DNA of 64,000 nucleotides from Podarcis melisellensis (Eukaryota). Below, piece after piece: positions 1 to 11,600 of this stretch. The DNA lies in the NCBI GenBank assembly GCA_964234715.1, contig OZ174276.1; one strand, given 5' to 3'. Every line of letters begins with the position of its first letter. Position 1 is the first letter of the stretch. Below the pieces are notes generated by a model. That model had not been told where the DNA came from, did not search any database, and was given only the letters and a program-made list of their open reading frames with translations. Both the position numbers and the translations under genes were made by a program.

Positions 1-51
1 TGCTAAGTATTCAGACATTGAGGGTTTGGGTTTCAGGAAACAACATCTCAC

Positions 52-201
52 CTCTTGGATTTGTATCCATCTCACCAGATGTTAGGCCAATAAGATTTGG
101 ACGCTGCATTGGTGTCCTTGAAAAGAACTGTCGATACTGAGATCTACCAGTACTGGTAATACTAGGAGCCTCTGGATTGTAGCCATCTGGTTCATACGTA
201 T
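52..201 (-). CDS. RBM27: RBM27 next exon (150 nt; corresponds to human exon 10)
   Basis: tttcacaaaag|; (N)TYEPDGYNPEAPSITSTGRSQYRQFFSRTPMQRPNLIGLTSGEMDTNPR; G|GTGAGA. Confidence 0.93.
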
Positions 202-2593
202 CTTTTGTGAAAGAAAAATATAGATTTCTGATTCATTTTAAAAAATCTTACGTGAGCAATATTATGCATTTGCTCAAGCAGAAGTGCTTTTTCACATTTT
301 AATATTTTTCACATTTGTTTGTTTTAAAGTAGGGTTGTAAAACTTTCTTTATTTTACGGTTTTGTCTTGTGTAAACAAAATTGAGATTTTTTTTTTACAT
401 TCAAGCAGTGTGTAATTTTTATGAAATAAAAAAAATTGCACATAATTCACATGTACAACATATTTATATATAAACATGTGTTAAATTTGAGCTATGTAAA
501 TATGGCAGGAACCCTCCAACATGCATGTCATAGCACAATTTTAAAATATTATTATTACTGTTTTGTTGCTTTACTCACAAAGGTGACCCAAAGGGACTTA
601 CAACACAGTATAACAAGACACTAATTAGACACCAGTCAGGCTGGCAAAAATTAATCCCACCCCTTTCCTCTTTATGTTGGAAGGATTGTGGAAAACGTGC
701 TTCATTTATTCATGTTTGGTGAGAATGCCCCTATATTGAAAACTTCTGGAACACAGTATTCTTCATTATATCCGCAATTACAAGCCAACCTTATTCTCCA
801 AATCCAGCCTTAGCCCTGCTATCTTTGGAAAATAGAAGGGCTCCACCCTGCACCAGAGAGAACTAATAGGCTTCTTAGTGACTGCAGCATGATTAAGAAA
901 AGGGAAAAAACAGGCTGAAATACCCATGAACACATGGGAAAATAATATCTGGAATACAGCAATGTCTGGGCACCTCACCAGACACAGAACGGCAATTAAA
1001 GGCATAACAAAAAGAAATACCTTCCAAGAAAAGTGAACTTCTTTATTTAACCAAAATCAACTGCTCGATCTTCTCAGGGGAGAGGTTACATTAAGTTATA
1101 TGTTTGAACATTTAATGTGTAAGCTTATGTCTAAAGTCAATGGATAGAACCACCACCATTTGATGTACTGTTGGATAAAAACCAATAAAAATTGTCTTTT
1201 TTTAAAAAAATGATGCTTATTAAAGAAATGAGACCCCACTATTTCAGATGTGCAGTTTAAACAACATCACAAGTACTGGTAGAACACAAGAGAAGTGGAA
1301 ATCTTTATTTCCTTACTTTCTGATACTGAATATAGTAGGTTTTGGGGTAGTGGAGGAGGTAGTCTAGCTCCCACTGGTGCAAGGCTGGGCACTGTAGTTG
1401 TTCCTGGCTGGTCACGGCTGTTAATCAAACTTGCCTGTGATAAAGGTGGCCCTGGAATGAAACATAAACATTCTAAAAAGCTAATTATGTTTTTTCATGC
1501 TTTACCACATTACAAAATATGGCTCTTCTTTTGAGGAGCTCAAAGCTAAATTCTAATTTGTGTCCTGATTTTATATTGTCTGACCTTGGTTCCCTTACCT
1601 TTGGCCAGCACTTTGCTGCCAACTTCATTCATTCATTCATCTGCTCTGACCATGTGGTGGGCCTCCTTACATCCCTATAACTGGCTTTCTGTCTGCTCCC
1701 GTCTCCAGCATAAGCTCCTCATTCTTAGCCTCAAAGCCCTCTGCCTGCAAAGTGTGTTCCAAAAGAGTTTTGCCACAATCTATTTGTTCATAATATACTA
1801 ATATAACCCTACCAACAACTTTCATGATTTCAGCTTCACCAGCCTCAGCTGGGCTAAATTAATCTCTCTTAAATGACCTCACCCTCTCTCTGTCTCCTAT
1901 GAACAAGACTCTCTCTCTCAAAACATCTGTGTGAATTCATGTGAGTATAGGATGGTCCCATCCGCCGTTGCTTCTGGCCCAACCCAGCTTTGTTTTGGTA
2001 CCACCTCCTGCTGGTATGACATCCCCAGATGGGCTGGCAATAAAGAAATGCAGCTGAGGCTTAAAAAGGTTTGCCACCATAGGCTTAGGACACTGGGTTC
2101 TCCAATTTTCTACTACTAGGGCTGGAGAGGACTGACAATTGCTGAGGCCCACTAGTCACAAAATGGTAGCAGATGGAGATAGAGTTGGACATGATTAGCT
2201 GCAATTAACAATAGCATTTTTTAAATTAATACTTAATCCTATTTGGAAATTGCTAAACTCTTTGCCACTGTGATTTCCTTGTGGCATGGAGTGTTACAAT
2301 TCTATTTCTTCAAGCCAGGTATACACATCGGCCTTGGAGATTACTGTGAGACTTAAGTCTTCCCATTTTAGGCAGAATTTGTTGATTCAGAAGCTCTAGG
2401 TGAAACAGACTAAACTTTATATTTTTATTCCTGCCCTCAACACCTCTCAAAATATTTTTATTCATCTCCTGCATTTTCTTCTTCTTTTCTCCTTCCACAC
2501 TTAATTTAAAACTTACGCCTCTCCATTCCTCTTTCATTCCTTGAGCTTTCTCCATTCACCTTTTTCTCATGACTGCTTCCTTCTCTTTCCAGA

Positions 2594-2639
<46 letters not shown>

Positions 2640-5600
2640 CTTTTATGTCTCCAATTTTCCTAAAAGACTCCTTTGGAAAAGGACCTGCGCCCCAGTAAGC
2701 TCTCTGTCTCCTGGCCACCTTTACTCAGCATGCAGAGTTGCTGGTGTTAGGAGGGCCCAACCACAAGGCTACAATGTGGCCAGGTATTGGAGAATTGAGG
2801 CCACATAGAAGTATAGGCTTGATTACATACAGTTAAGCAAAGTGGTATCATAGTCTTAACCTACATATTTTAATTGTTTTATATCTGTATTATTTACTGT
2901 GCTCTAACTTTCGAGTGTTTAATTTTAGCCTATGTATATTTACATGCTCTCTATTGCTGTATATGTCCATATTTCTGGTCTGTGATCATAATAATTTGAT
3001 ACATTCATTGATAGTGAATGGCACCAAGCTTTGGTTAAAGCTGCTTTTCAATAAACTGGAGAAATTATTTTTCTATTGTAATGAACTTTCTGTGTGACCT
3101 AGAAACAGGATGAGTCAGTGGCACAACAATAACAATAGTAACAACCAGAACAACAACACAAACAGCAGCAACAACAAAAACAACGGTGTGGTCATTCTGA
3201 CCTTCCTGACAGCAAACCACATCTACTAAATATTTTCCACCTGTCCGATTACAACAATTTAGAATTTTTGCTTATTATTTCATCAACCTCAATAGAAATG
3301 TTGCAAAAAGGGTAGGACTGAAGAAAGAAAACACATTATCCTTGCTGACTGATCCAAAATAAGGGGCTCATCCTTTGCTGTGCAAGGACAGGCTTTGAAC
3401 AAGTCATATGCACATCTGCTGCTTGTTTAAACTGGTTCTTTTCTTCCAATGGTCCATTGAAATAAACAGTCTTTGAAATAATCCCAAACTGATTTTGTTT
3501 TGCATTATAAACAATCTCTGAACAATCTTATTTTCCTGCCTCCAACAGCTCTCGCACTTTTGTCTGCAGAGGATCTGCAGCTGCTGAACAAACACCCAAG
3601 CTGGTCACAGCTTCAGTGAGGGTGCACACAGAAAACGAGCCCATTCTTCCCAGTGTCAAGGAAGAGCCAATTCAAGTCCACTTCAAATTCTAACCAAATT
3701 TCTCTCTTACAATTTTTTCCACAATAGCTAAAGAGGACCTTCTACGTTTCATAAGACCTCTGAATATAAAGGAATATGGGAAGCTGTCTTACATTGTCTC
3801 AAACCAATGGCCTTTCTAGCTCAGCATTATCTCCATCTTTGTTCTTCAAGTGTGTGTATGGGGTGTGTGTGTCAGGCCCCACTACTGCTTCACTTATCTA
3901 AGGTAAGAACAGCAGCACTATGACCACAGAAGCAACACATTAAGAAATAGGTTCCCAAATGCTTGATTGAGTTTGCTATTTGTGGGTTTTCAGGAGCATC
4001 TGACTGGCTACTGTTGGAAATGGAATCTAAATTCTTCTAAATTTTTAATTATTCATCTGTTCTAGTGAATGCCCTAAATCATAATCCTACACACACACAC
4101 ACACAGAGATATTTTTCAAGTATGATACTTTGTTTATCTAGCTGCCCTCTTACGATGAGCTTGTACTTTGCTCAAATCTCCAAACCGGTAAATAATTCAA
4201 AGACCTTAATTTACTCCCCTGACCCAATTTATCTCAGAATTAGTAATAAGTTACTACTGTGATTGATTTTTTTTTAATAACTAAAACACAGCATTAGTGG
4301 ACTTCCCCTTAAAAACACATGCACGCAGTGGCATGTTCTCTATTTTTTGTCTGAAACTAAATTTAATCTAGCCAGCTCTTTCTAGCATCTCTGATGTTTT
4401 AGAGAGAGAAAAAAGGAAAAGCTTTTTCATTATCCAAAGGTTTGAAAAAAGGCCCAACTTCTGAAGAGGGCTGCTAGTTCAGGCAAGTCCAAAAATAATT
4501 GCCTTTATACAATGAAGTAAATAGGGAAATGCTTTGACACTACTGTTACCTAGGTGCCCAGTCTGTCTGACACCTGGAGGGTGACCCTTAACTCTTCACC
4601 TCCTTAGCACTACTCTATAAGTGGCTATGCAACGCAGAGGACTTTGATTAACGTGACAGAAAACACACACCTTGGCATATACCAGCTATTCTTAAAAAGA
4701 GACAAACTTGCCCTTACTGCCTGGGAGAAAGAGCTCCAGCATGATACAAATGTGTGATCTGGCACCTGATCTATCCACCAACTGTCAACACAAGCACATG
4801 CTTCTATTTGCCCCGGTAGGAAAAAACTTCACACATCCTCAACATTACTGTCTCCACCAGTAAATTAATCAACAACTGTTTGCATCTCTTAAGGTTCAAG
4901 ATACATTATACATTTAAGCTGCAATCCTGTACCATTATGCTGCAGCCTTAGGGTCAATTATATACCTATGCTTGTATCCAATGGTATCACCAAGCAGAAT
5001 GGGCATGACACGAGCCGCATGGAGACATCCTGGTGGAAGTGGTCAAAAGGGAAGGAGGCATGGGACAAGGACAGGGCATTAGAGGAACTGGATCCCTGGA
5101 AGAGGTTTAGCAGCTTAGGTGTCCATCCAGTTCCAGGACAGTGGCTGTGTGGACTGACAGCAGAGTGCCTTGGACACCCCGAGCACCACATCACAGCAGA
5201 CTGATGTGACCCTGGCCCTGGCCCTGCCCACTGTCAGTGATGAACCCTCCTGGGCTGCTGCCTGGGAAAAAACGAGACAGTGAGCCTACCCCGTTGACTC
5301 TGCCTCCATCAGCAAGGATGTGGAGATGGCTGCATGGGTGCACACATTCAGCAGGCCCAGCCTATTCAGAGGAGAGCCATCTTGTTTGCCCAGCCCCATG
5401 GCTCAACCCATTTAGGGTGTGTCAAGTGTTGAGACAAAATCTTAGTTTCTGTTTAGCCATATACCTAGACCACTGCTGCATTCGTTAACCTGAAAGCTTC
5501 ATAACCTGATTTATATATATCAAACTGACCTTCACATTAAAGCCTTTGGCAAAAACCTAGTTAGGAGTCCGAGCACTGGATCTACTAGAGGGTCTGGGCA

Positions 5601-8600
5601 GGAGGAAAGCAGTTTTCAGTTATTCCCCCTGCAGCTCCCTCACCCACCCTTAAATGTGCTCTGGAGGGTCCTTCAAACCCCAGATTCCTGTAATGCTACG
5701 TTAGAGAAATAAAGCACAATTTATGAAATCTTCTCAGCTACTGTGCCGACTGTAGTATTTTAAAGTGCTATTTTAAGGAGGAAATCTTACTTGGTATAGG
5801 AATTCTAACAGGTGGCGGCGGCCGAGGATGTACATGTGGCCCTGGCATTCTCATGTTGTGAGTTGGGCCTTGCCCAGGAGGCATAAGCATTCCAGGAGGA
5901 GGAAGTCCTGGGGGTGGTGGAGGAAATGGAATCATGCTTGGCAAAGATACTTCATCCACTACCAATGGGTCATTTCCGTGATCATATTGACAGAGGTCAC
6001 CAAGTACACAAAATCCTCTCTCTGTAAAATAAAAATAAATCACAATATAAGCCATCATTAATGGTAGCTTACCTTTATCTGATTGATTATATAGATTACA
6101 TATGAATGAATGAAAATAGATTACATATAGATTTTAAGCCAAAGTCTCACTTATACTGTGTGGCTGGCAACAACAACAAAAATAGCTCAAAACAACATTC
6201 TTAATTGCAAAATCTAAGTAGAACAAGCAGGAGTAACACTTACCGTCGTAATCTCGACAGCGTCTTTTTGGTGGAGCGTTTCTGCCAAACGAATTAGGAG
6301 CAGAATGATTGTTGTAGTAATTCGACCAGCTTTCTGTTGTGTTTTCAGGATGGTGAGCAGGTGCAATCACAGTAACAGCACTGGGAATACACTGTGCTCC
6401 AGAGGAATACTGTTCAGTAGAGTTAACGGAAGACAAAGACACTGGGTTATATGAGCTCTCCATATCACTCCTTTCACATTTGAATTTGGCTCGATCTCTG
6501 TGATCTGGAAAAAAAAATCGTAATAGATTAGGTAAGTTTCTATGTTCGTCCTTCATGCTTAGAGATTCTCTGACAGCATACAGAAAATTTAACACCATAA
6601 CAAATGCGCGAAAAAAAAAGTATAAGCACAACCTGGTTAATGTCTTAACAGTGTACTTAGGCTCGTTCTTGCAAGACAATGTGAATATTTGTCCTGCAAC
6701 ATATGCACTAACTAAACTGATTTCCTTTAGAAATAAAAAGTAAACTGTATTTTTCAAGTAATTTCAATTACTTTCTTTTGTCTTGAAAGGCTATAGCAAC
6801 ACAAGACCTCAGTTATTTAGGGGCAGGGATCCATTAAAAGTTAAGAAAATCTAACACTTCTTCCTTGCCAAAAGAAACCTAGCAATATAAAGCAGCAGCT
6901 TTTACCAACAGGGAAAGTATAACAGAAGGTACTGCTCTACCAGAATACACCTGAGAACAAATTAAAAAAAAATATCCCTAGATTAGGTTGCTCTCAGATC
7001 ACAGCTTTTAGCCAGCTTTATAACAAGTCAGCAATCACTTCTTTTCAAAGACAATTCTGTTTGTTGAATTTGCCAGAAATTCAAGATAAAATGTTCATTA
7101 AGAAGTATGACATTTCATTAACTCCCATGAAACTCAAGATTAGACGTTACTTGTCTATTATCCTTAAACGACTCACCAACATTTCTGTTTGCATCCCTTT
7201 CTTTGTTTGCCTCCTGGTCTTTGCTTCTACCTCTGCTGCGGCTACGACTTCGGCTAAGTCCTCTACTTTTACTGCGACTCTTACTTCTTCCCCTTCGCCA
7301 ATCGTATTTGTCTCTATACAAATCGTTCCGTTCGTAGTATCTATCATAATCTCTCCATTTGCCATCATCTCTTTTTCTCTCTCTAGTTCTATTAAGAAAA
7401 ACAACACATGCAAACAGGTGGATTTAGAAAAGCTGAAAATGCTTATGGCATCAAAACAGAACAACAGTTTTGACAGAGGGAAGTTTGTATGAAGAACTAA
7501 ACAACGTAATTATATCCAAGTGACATCAACATTGGAAAAAACTACAAAAAATGTTAGGTGTAATAGCCCTAAAGCAAATAAACACCAAATTGTTTGTCTT
7601 ACTAAAGGATGCTAGTACTGCATATAAATAAAAAAATCATATTAATATAGTTGGGGACTGCCCCCCTCCTGCATAAAACAATTATTTGCATCCATGGGCA
7701 CAGAGGATTCAATACAGTTCTCTAAAATTGTGTGTATATTTACTTATTTCATTTATATCCCATCTTTCCTGCAGCAAGCTCAAGGTGGGGTACCTAGTTC
7801 TCCTCCACCCATTTTATCCTCACAACAACCCTGTGAGGTAAGTTAGGCTAAATGTGATTGTCTGGCCCTCAAGGTGACATCTTAATGGATTATGTTGAGA
7901 ATCTGTAAAACTTCCCGATCATAATACAAAAGGAGGGGAGACATACATTACTAAATTTATCACAAAACTTATTATGATGTCTGAAACAGAGAGGTTTAAT
8001 TGATTTGGAGTCTAACAAATGCTAAGAAGTGTTAAAGAAGAATACTTCAGGTACTAACCTTTGCTCATTAGAATCTGAACGATTTTTCTGTGGGCTAGTA
8101 TATTTCTTCTTTTTGCCCTCTCGCTCATCTTCAAAAGTCTCCTGAAATGGCTAAAGACAAACAGCAAATCATCACCTCACACGAAGCTCACTCCCAGGGG
8201 CGCGGGGAAGACCCCAAAGAATATAAAAACCCATTTAAGCAATAAGAGAGCAAGGCTCGAGACAAGTCACTGTATACACATTTTAAATTTGCTTCTAGTG
8301 TGAAATGTATTGAAGAGGACAACTACAAAACAACCATCTCTTCCCATATGAACCAACCTTGACCCTGCAATCATCATCTGAGGCTCTTCTGTTCTGTGGT
8401 GGCTCCCACCTCCCCCCAGGGAGGCTTGCCTGGCACCTATCTGTAGGTGCTAGGCAAAAACACTCCTCTTCTCTCAGGCGTTTGACTAATTAAACAATAC
8501 ATGGTCTTTTAAATGGGGTAGGTGGCCTGCTTTGGTTTGTTACTATGGTATTCATTTTTATGTTATTATAAACTGCCCTGTAAATCTAGGATGAAGGGTG

Positions 8601-11600
8601 GTATAAACATTCAACAAACAAATGTCCATCATAATATTTTTTATAATTGTTACCTTTAAGGAATTTCATTTTAATTTTAAAACTGCTATATTTTAGGTTT
8701 AAAAAGATTGCCTTTACAGTATAACTGTGGAAGCACTCATAATTTGTTGCAATATCCCTTGTGTTCAACAAGGCTGGATTACTACTTGGACTCAGAAGAC
8801 TTTCACAAGCGAGGCGGGGCAGGGGTCACAACAAATATGCTGTTTTATTACTTTCATTGGGTCTATGGGGAGAAGACCATGAAGACACTTCAAGGCTTTA
8901 AAATGTCAAAACTAGAATTTCAAATTGGGGCCTGAAACAAACTGGCAACCAGAGCAGTCGGGCCAGAATTGGGGTGTGTTATATGTTCATGCTTCCTTGT
9001 TCTGGTTAACAATCTAGCTGCCATGTTCTAACTAACTGTAATTTGGAAACTGTATTCAAAGTCAGCTCAATGTATGACACATTGCAGTAGTCTAATGTGA
9101 AGGTTACCAGAGCACAGACAACTGAAACCACGCTCATGTCTAGCTGGATAGGAACACAGCTGCGCTAGCTGGTGGAAGGCACTCCATGCCACTGAGGCAA
9201 CTTATGCTTTCAATGACCAAGTGATCCAAGAGTACCATCAAGCTGTGCACCTGCTCCTTCAAAGGGAGTGCAACACCTTCAAAAAGAAGATGCATTCTAC
9301 TCATGCAGACAGAGGACCTGCACATTACCAATGTCTTAAGCCTTATTTGGATTGAGCTTCAATTTGTTGGCCCTCATCTAGCCCAGAGTTCCATGCAGTG
9401 GCGTAGCGTGGGGGGCGCAGGGGGGGCCGGCCGCACTGGGCCAACATCTGGGGGTTAGGGTTAGGGGGCGCAAATCCACGGGTTAGGGGGCGCAAATCCA
9501 CGGGTTAGGGGGTGCAAATTACTTGCCTTGCCCCGGGTGCTGACAACCCACGCTACGCCACTGGTTCCATGCAGTTGTTAAAAAGAATGGGAGATAAAAT
9601 TGCACCCTGTGCTTTGGAAGCTTCATGCGGCTGAACAGTATACTCTAAGCACTACCTTCTGGAGAGAACAAACCAAGTAGGAACAAAGCCACTGCAAGAC
9701 AGTCCCCCTATTCTCAACTCTGACAGCCTCTCTGTAAGAATATTATGGTCAATGGTATCAAAAAGTGCAGAGAGGTCAAGAAAAATCAATATGGATACAT
9801 CCTCCCTGTCCCTTTCCTGACACAGGTGAACCAAGGCAGTCTCAGCAACAAAGGCAGGCCTGAATGCCAATTGAAATGAAAAATCAGTCTTATCCAAGAG
9901 CTATTGGAGCTATTTCAGTGTTATTAGTTTTCATAAGCAGAAGAGCTGAAATCTCTAAACAGACACTGAGAGGAGCTCTGCAAAAAGTGTGCGACAGTCT
10001 AACTCTGTAATCTCAAAGCCATTAGCTTTCATTACATAATGCAATTCATACTTTTAAAAAAAGTTTGTAGAAGAAAGACAACAAAAGTGAGACAGAATAT
10101 ACTGAACTGTCTATAGAAAGGGGGGTCTAAACATGATTTAAGCATTCTCTAGTTAATCTTTTGATATCTAAGAGAATTTAGAATTAGAAATAAAAATCAC
10201 CTTTAACATTACATGAAATACAGGCATATGAGATGGGGGAGGAGCGGGACTGTGTGTGGTGTGAGGATATCATGTCTCATTTGACCTTATCTAAGTATAG
10301 CCAAATACTTTGCTGTAATATGTCCACCACTTACATCAGATCAGCCCGTCTGAGCTATGAACACATTACACTTTAACTGGTTTATTCCTCCACTACTTAC
10401 TCTTAAACAAGACACCCCTAGTACTATGAACTGAACAATCTTAGAACAGCCAAGGTTGTAGGATTTTAGCAAGCAATGTATGAAGTCAGACTCGACAGGA
10501 TTCAGGATAGGTAACAGAATGTGGGGGTACTTGAAGTTGTGGACTCTTGTAGAGCACCTCTCTTTTCAAGTAAACTTTCTCAAAAAGCAGAAGATTGCAG
10601 AGGTCTTGTTATCTGGCTTCAGAATCAACTTTAAAGCCTGGTTGCACTCCCTTAATAGGTTTGGACACTGAGTGTGCTCACTGATTCAGCTTCATCATCA
10701 GAAGGACAAATGTAGCATGGAGAACCTTCTACCAGTTTAGATTGGTACAACAGTTACAATTGCAACTTTGCTGTATTTGCAGCACCGAAGTGACCTCCCT
10801 GGGGCACAAGCCTGGGTAGGGTGTATGGAGGTCCTGGGCTGCCAGACGACAATACTTCCCTCTCGGCCTCACTGAGGTTGTCCAAAAGAAAGCAGAGCAA
10901 TACATTTGGCACCTGTTTAGCTGCAGGAGTTACTAGGAAGAGGCATACAAGACACCATCCAACTGCCTTAGGCACCCCACTCTGGATTTGTGTAGAGTTT
11001 GCTCCTTAAGACTTTTATACTCCTAATTATGTCCTGCAAATCAGTGTGCATAGATTGTTCCTCAGGGTTTACTCCCGAAGCCTTTCATACAAATGAGTAT
11101 AGCTGCAAGGTAGAGACGGTTTAGGATCAGTGTTTTCCTTCTCCTAGATGGGCTACCCTCCCAGGTTGACAAGCCCCATCTAGGACAACTGTAACTGGAC
11201 AGATAGTTTAACTTGTTATCCACACCATGGAACCACCTGTCTGGATTATGCAAGATGTTGTGTGTGGGCCTGTCTCTGATAATTGTCCAGAAACCTCAGT
11301 CAGAATATGGCTGCAAAGGTTACTAAGTGAGAGAGATGAGAACATTGCACCAATGCTCATCACCTTCACTGGCTTCAAATCTGTTTCCAGGCCCAATTCA
11401 AAATGCTGATATTGACCTTCAGTCTTTTATGGTTGCGGGTCAGGGTACCTGGAGGACTGCTTCATCCTTTTTTCCCCCTAGAAGTCTTTGTCTGAGACCC
11501 ATCACTGGGTGCTTCCACCAGGTGACTGCAGAGAGCACGGTATTATATTTTTTGGTACCACATGAATACCTCTTCTGTTACCCAAGAAAATCTTTTAATA

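Noticed and set aside
2569-2808. ORF with a poly-Leu, signal-peptide-like run
   Set aside because: Simply the (TTA)n microsatellite inside a repeat element.
4958-5488. GC-richer block with short ORFs in RBM27 intron 7
   Set aside because: No protein similarity I can recognise and no matching splice sites; most likely an unclassified repeat, which I could not delimit well enough to call.
6134-7492. Long ORFs 6134-6757 (-), 7061-7492 (+) and 7147-7464 (-) as separate genes
   Set aside because: They are RBM27 exons read into flanking introns, or antisense/alternative frames of low-complexity RS exon sequence.
9452-9520. TTAGGG repeats as a true interstitial telomere, fusion site or CRISPR-like array
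   Set aside because: Only four hexamers, embedded in near-identical 22-mers with no unique spacers, and inside a TIR/TSD-bounded MITE.
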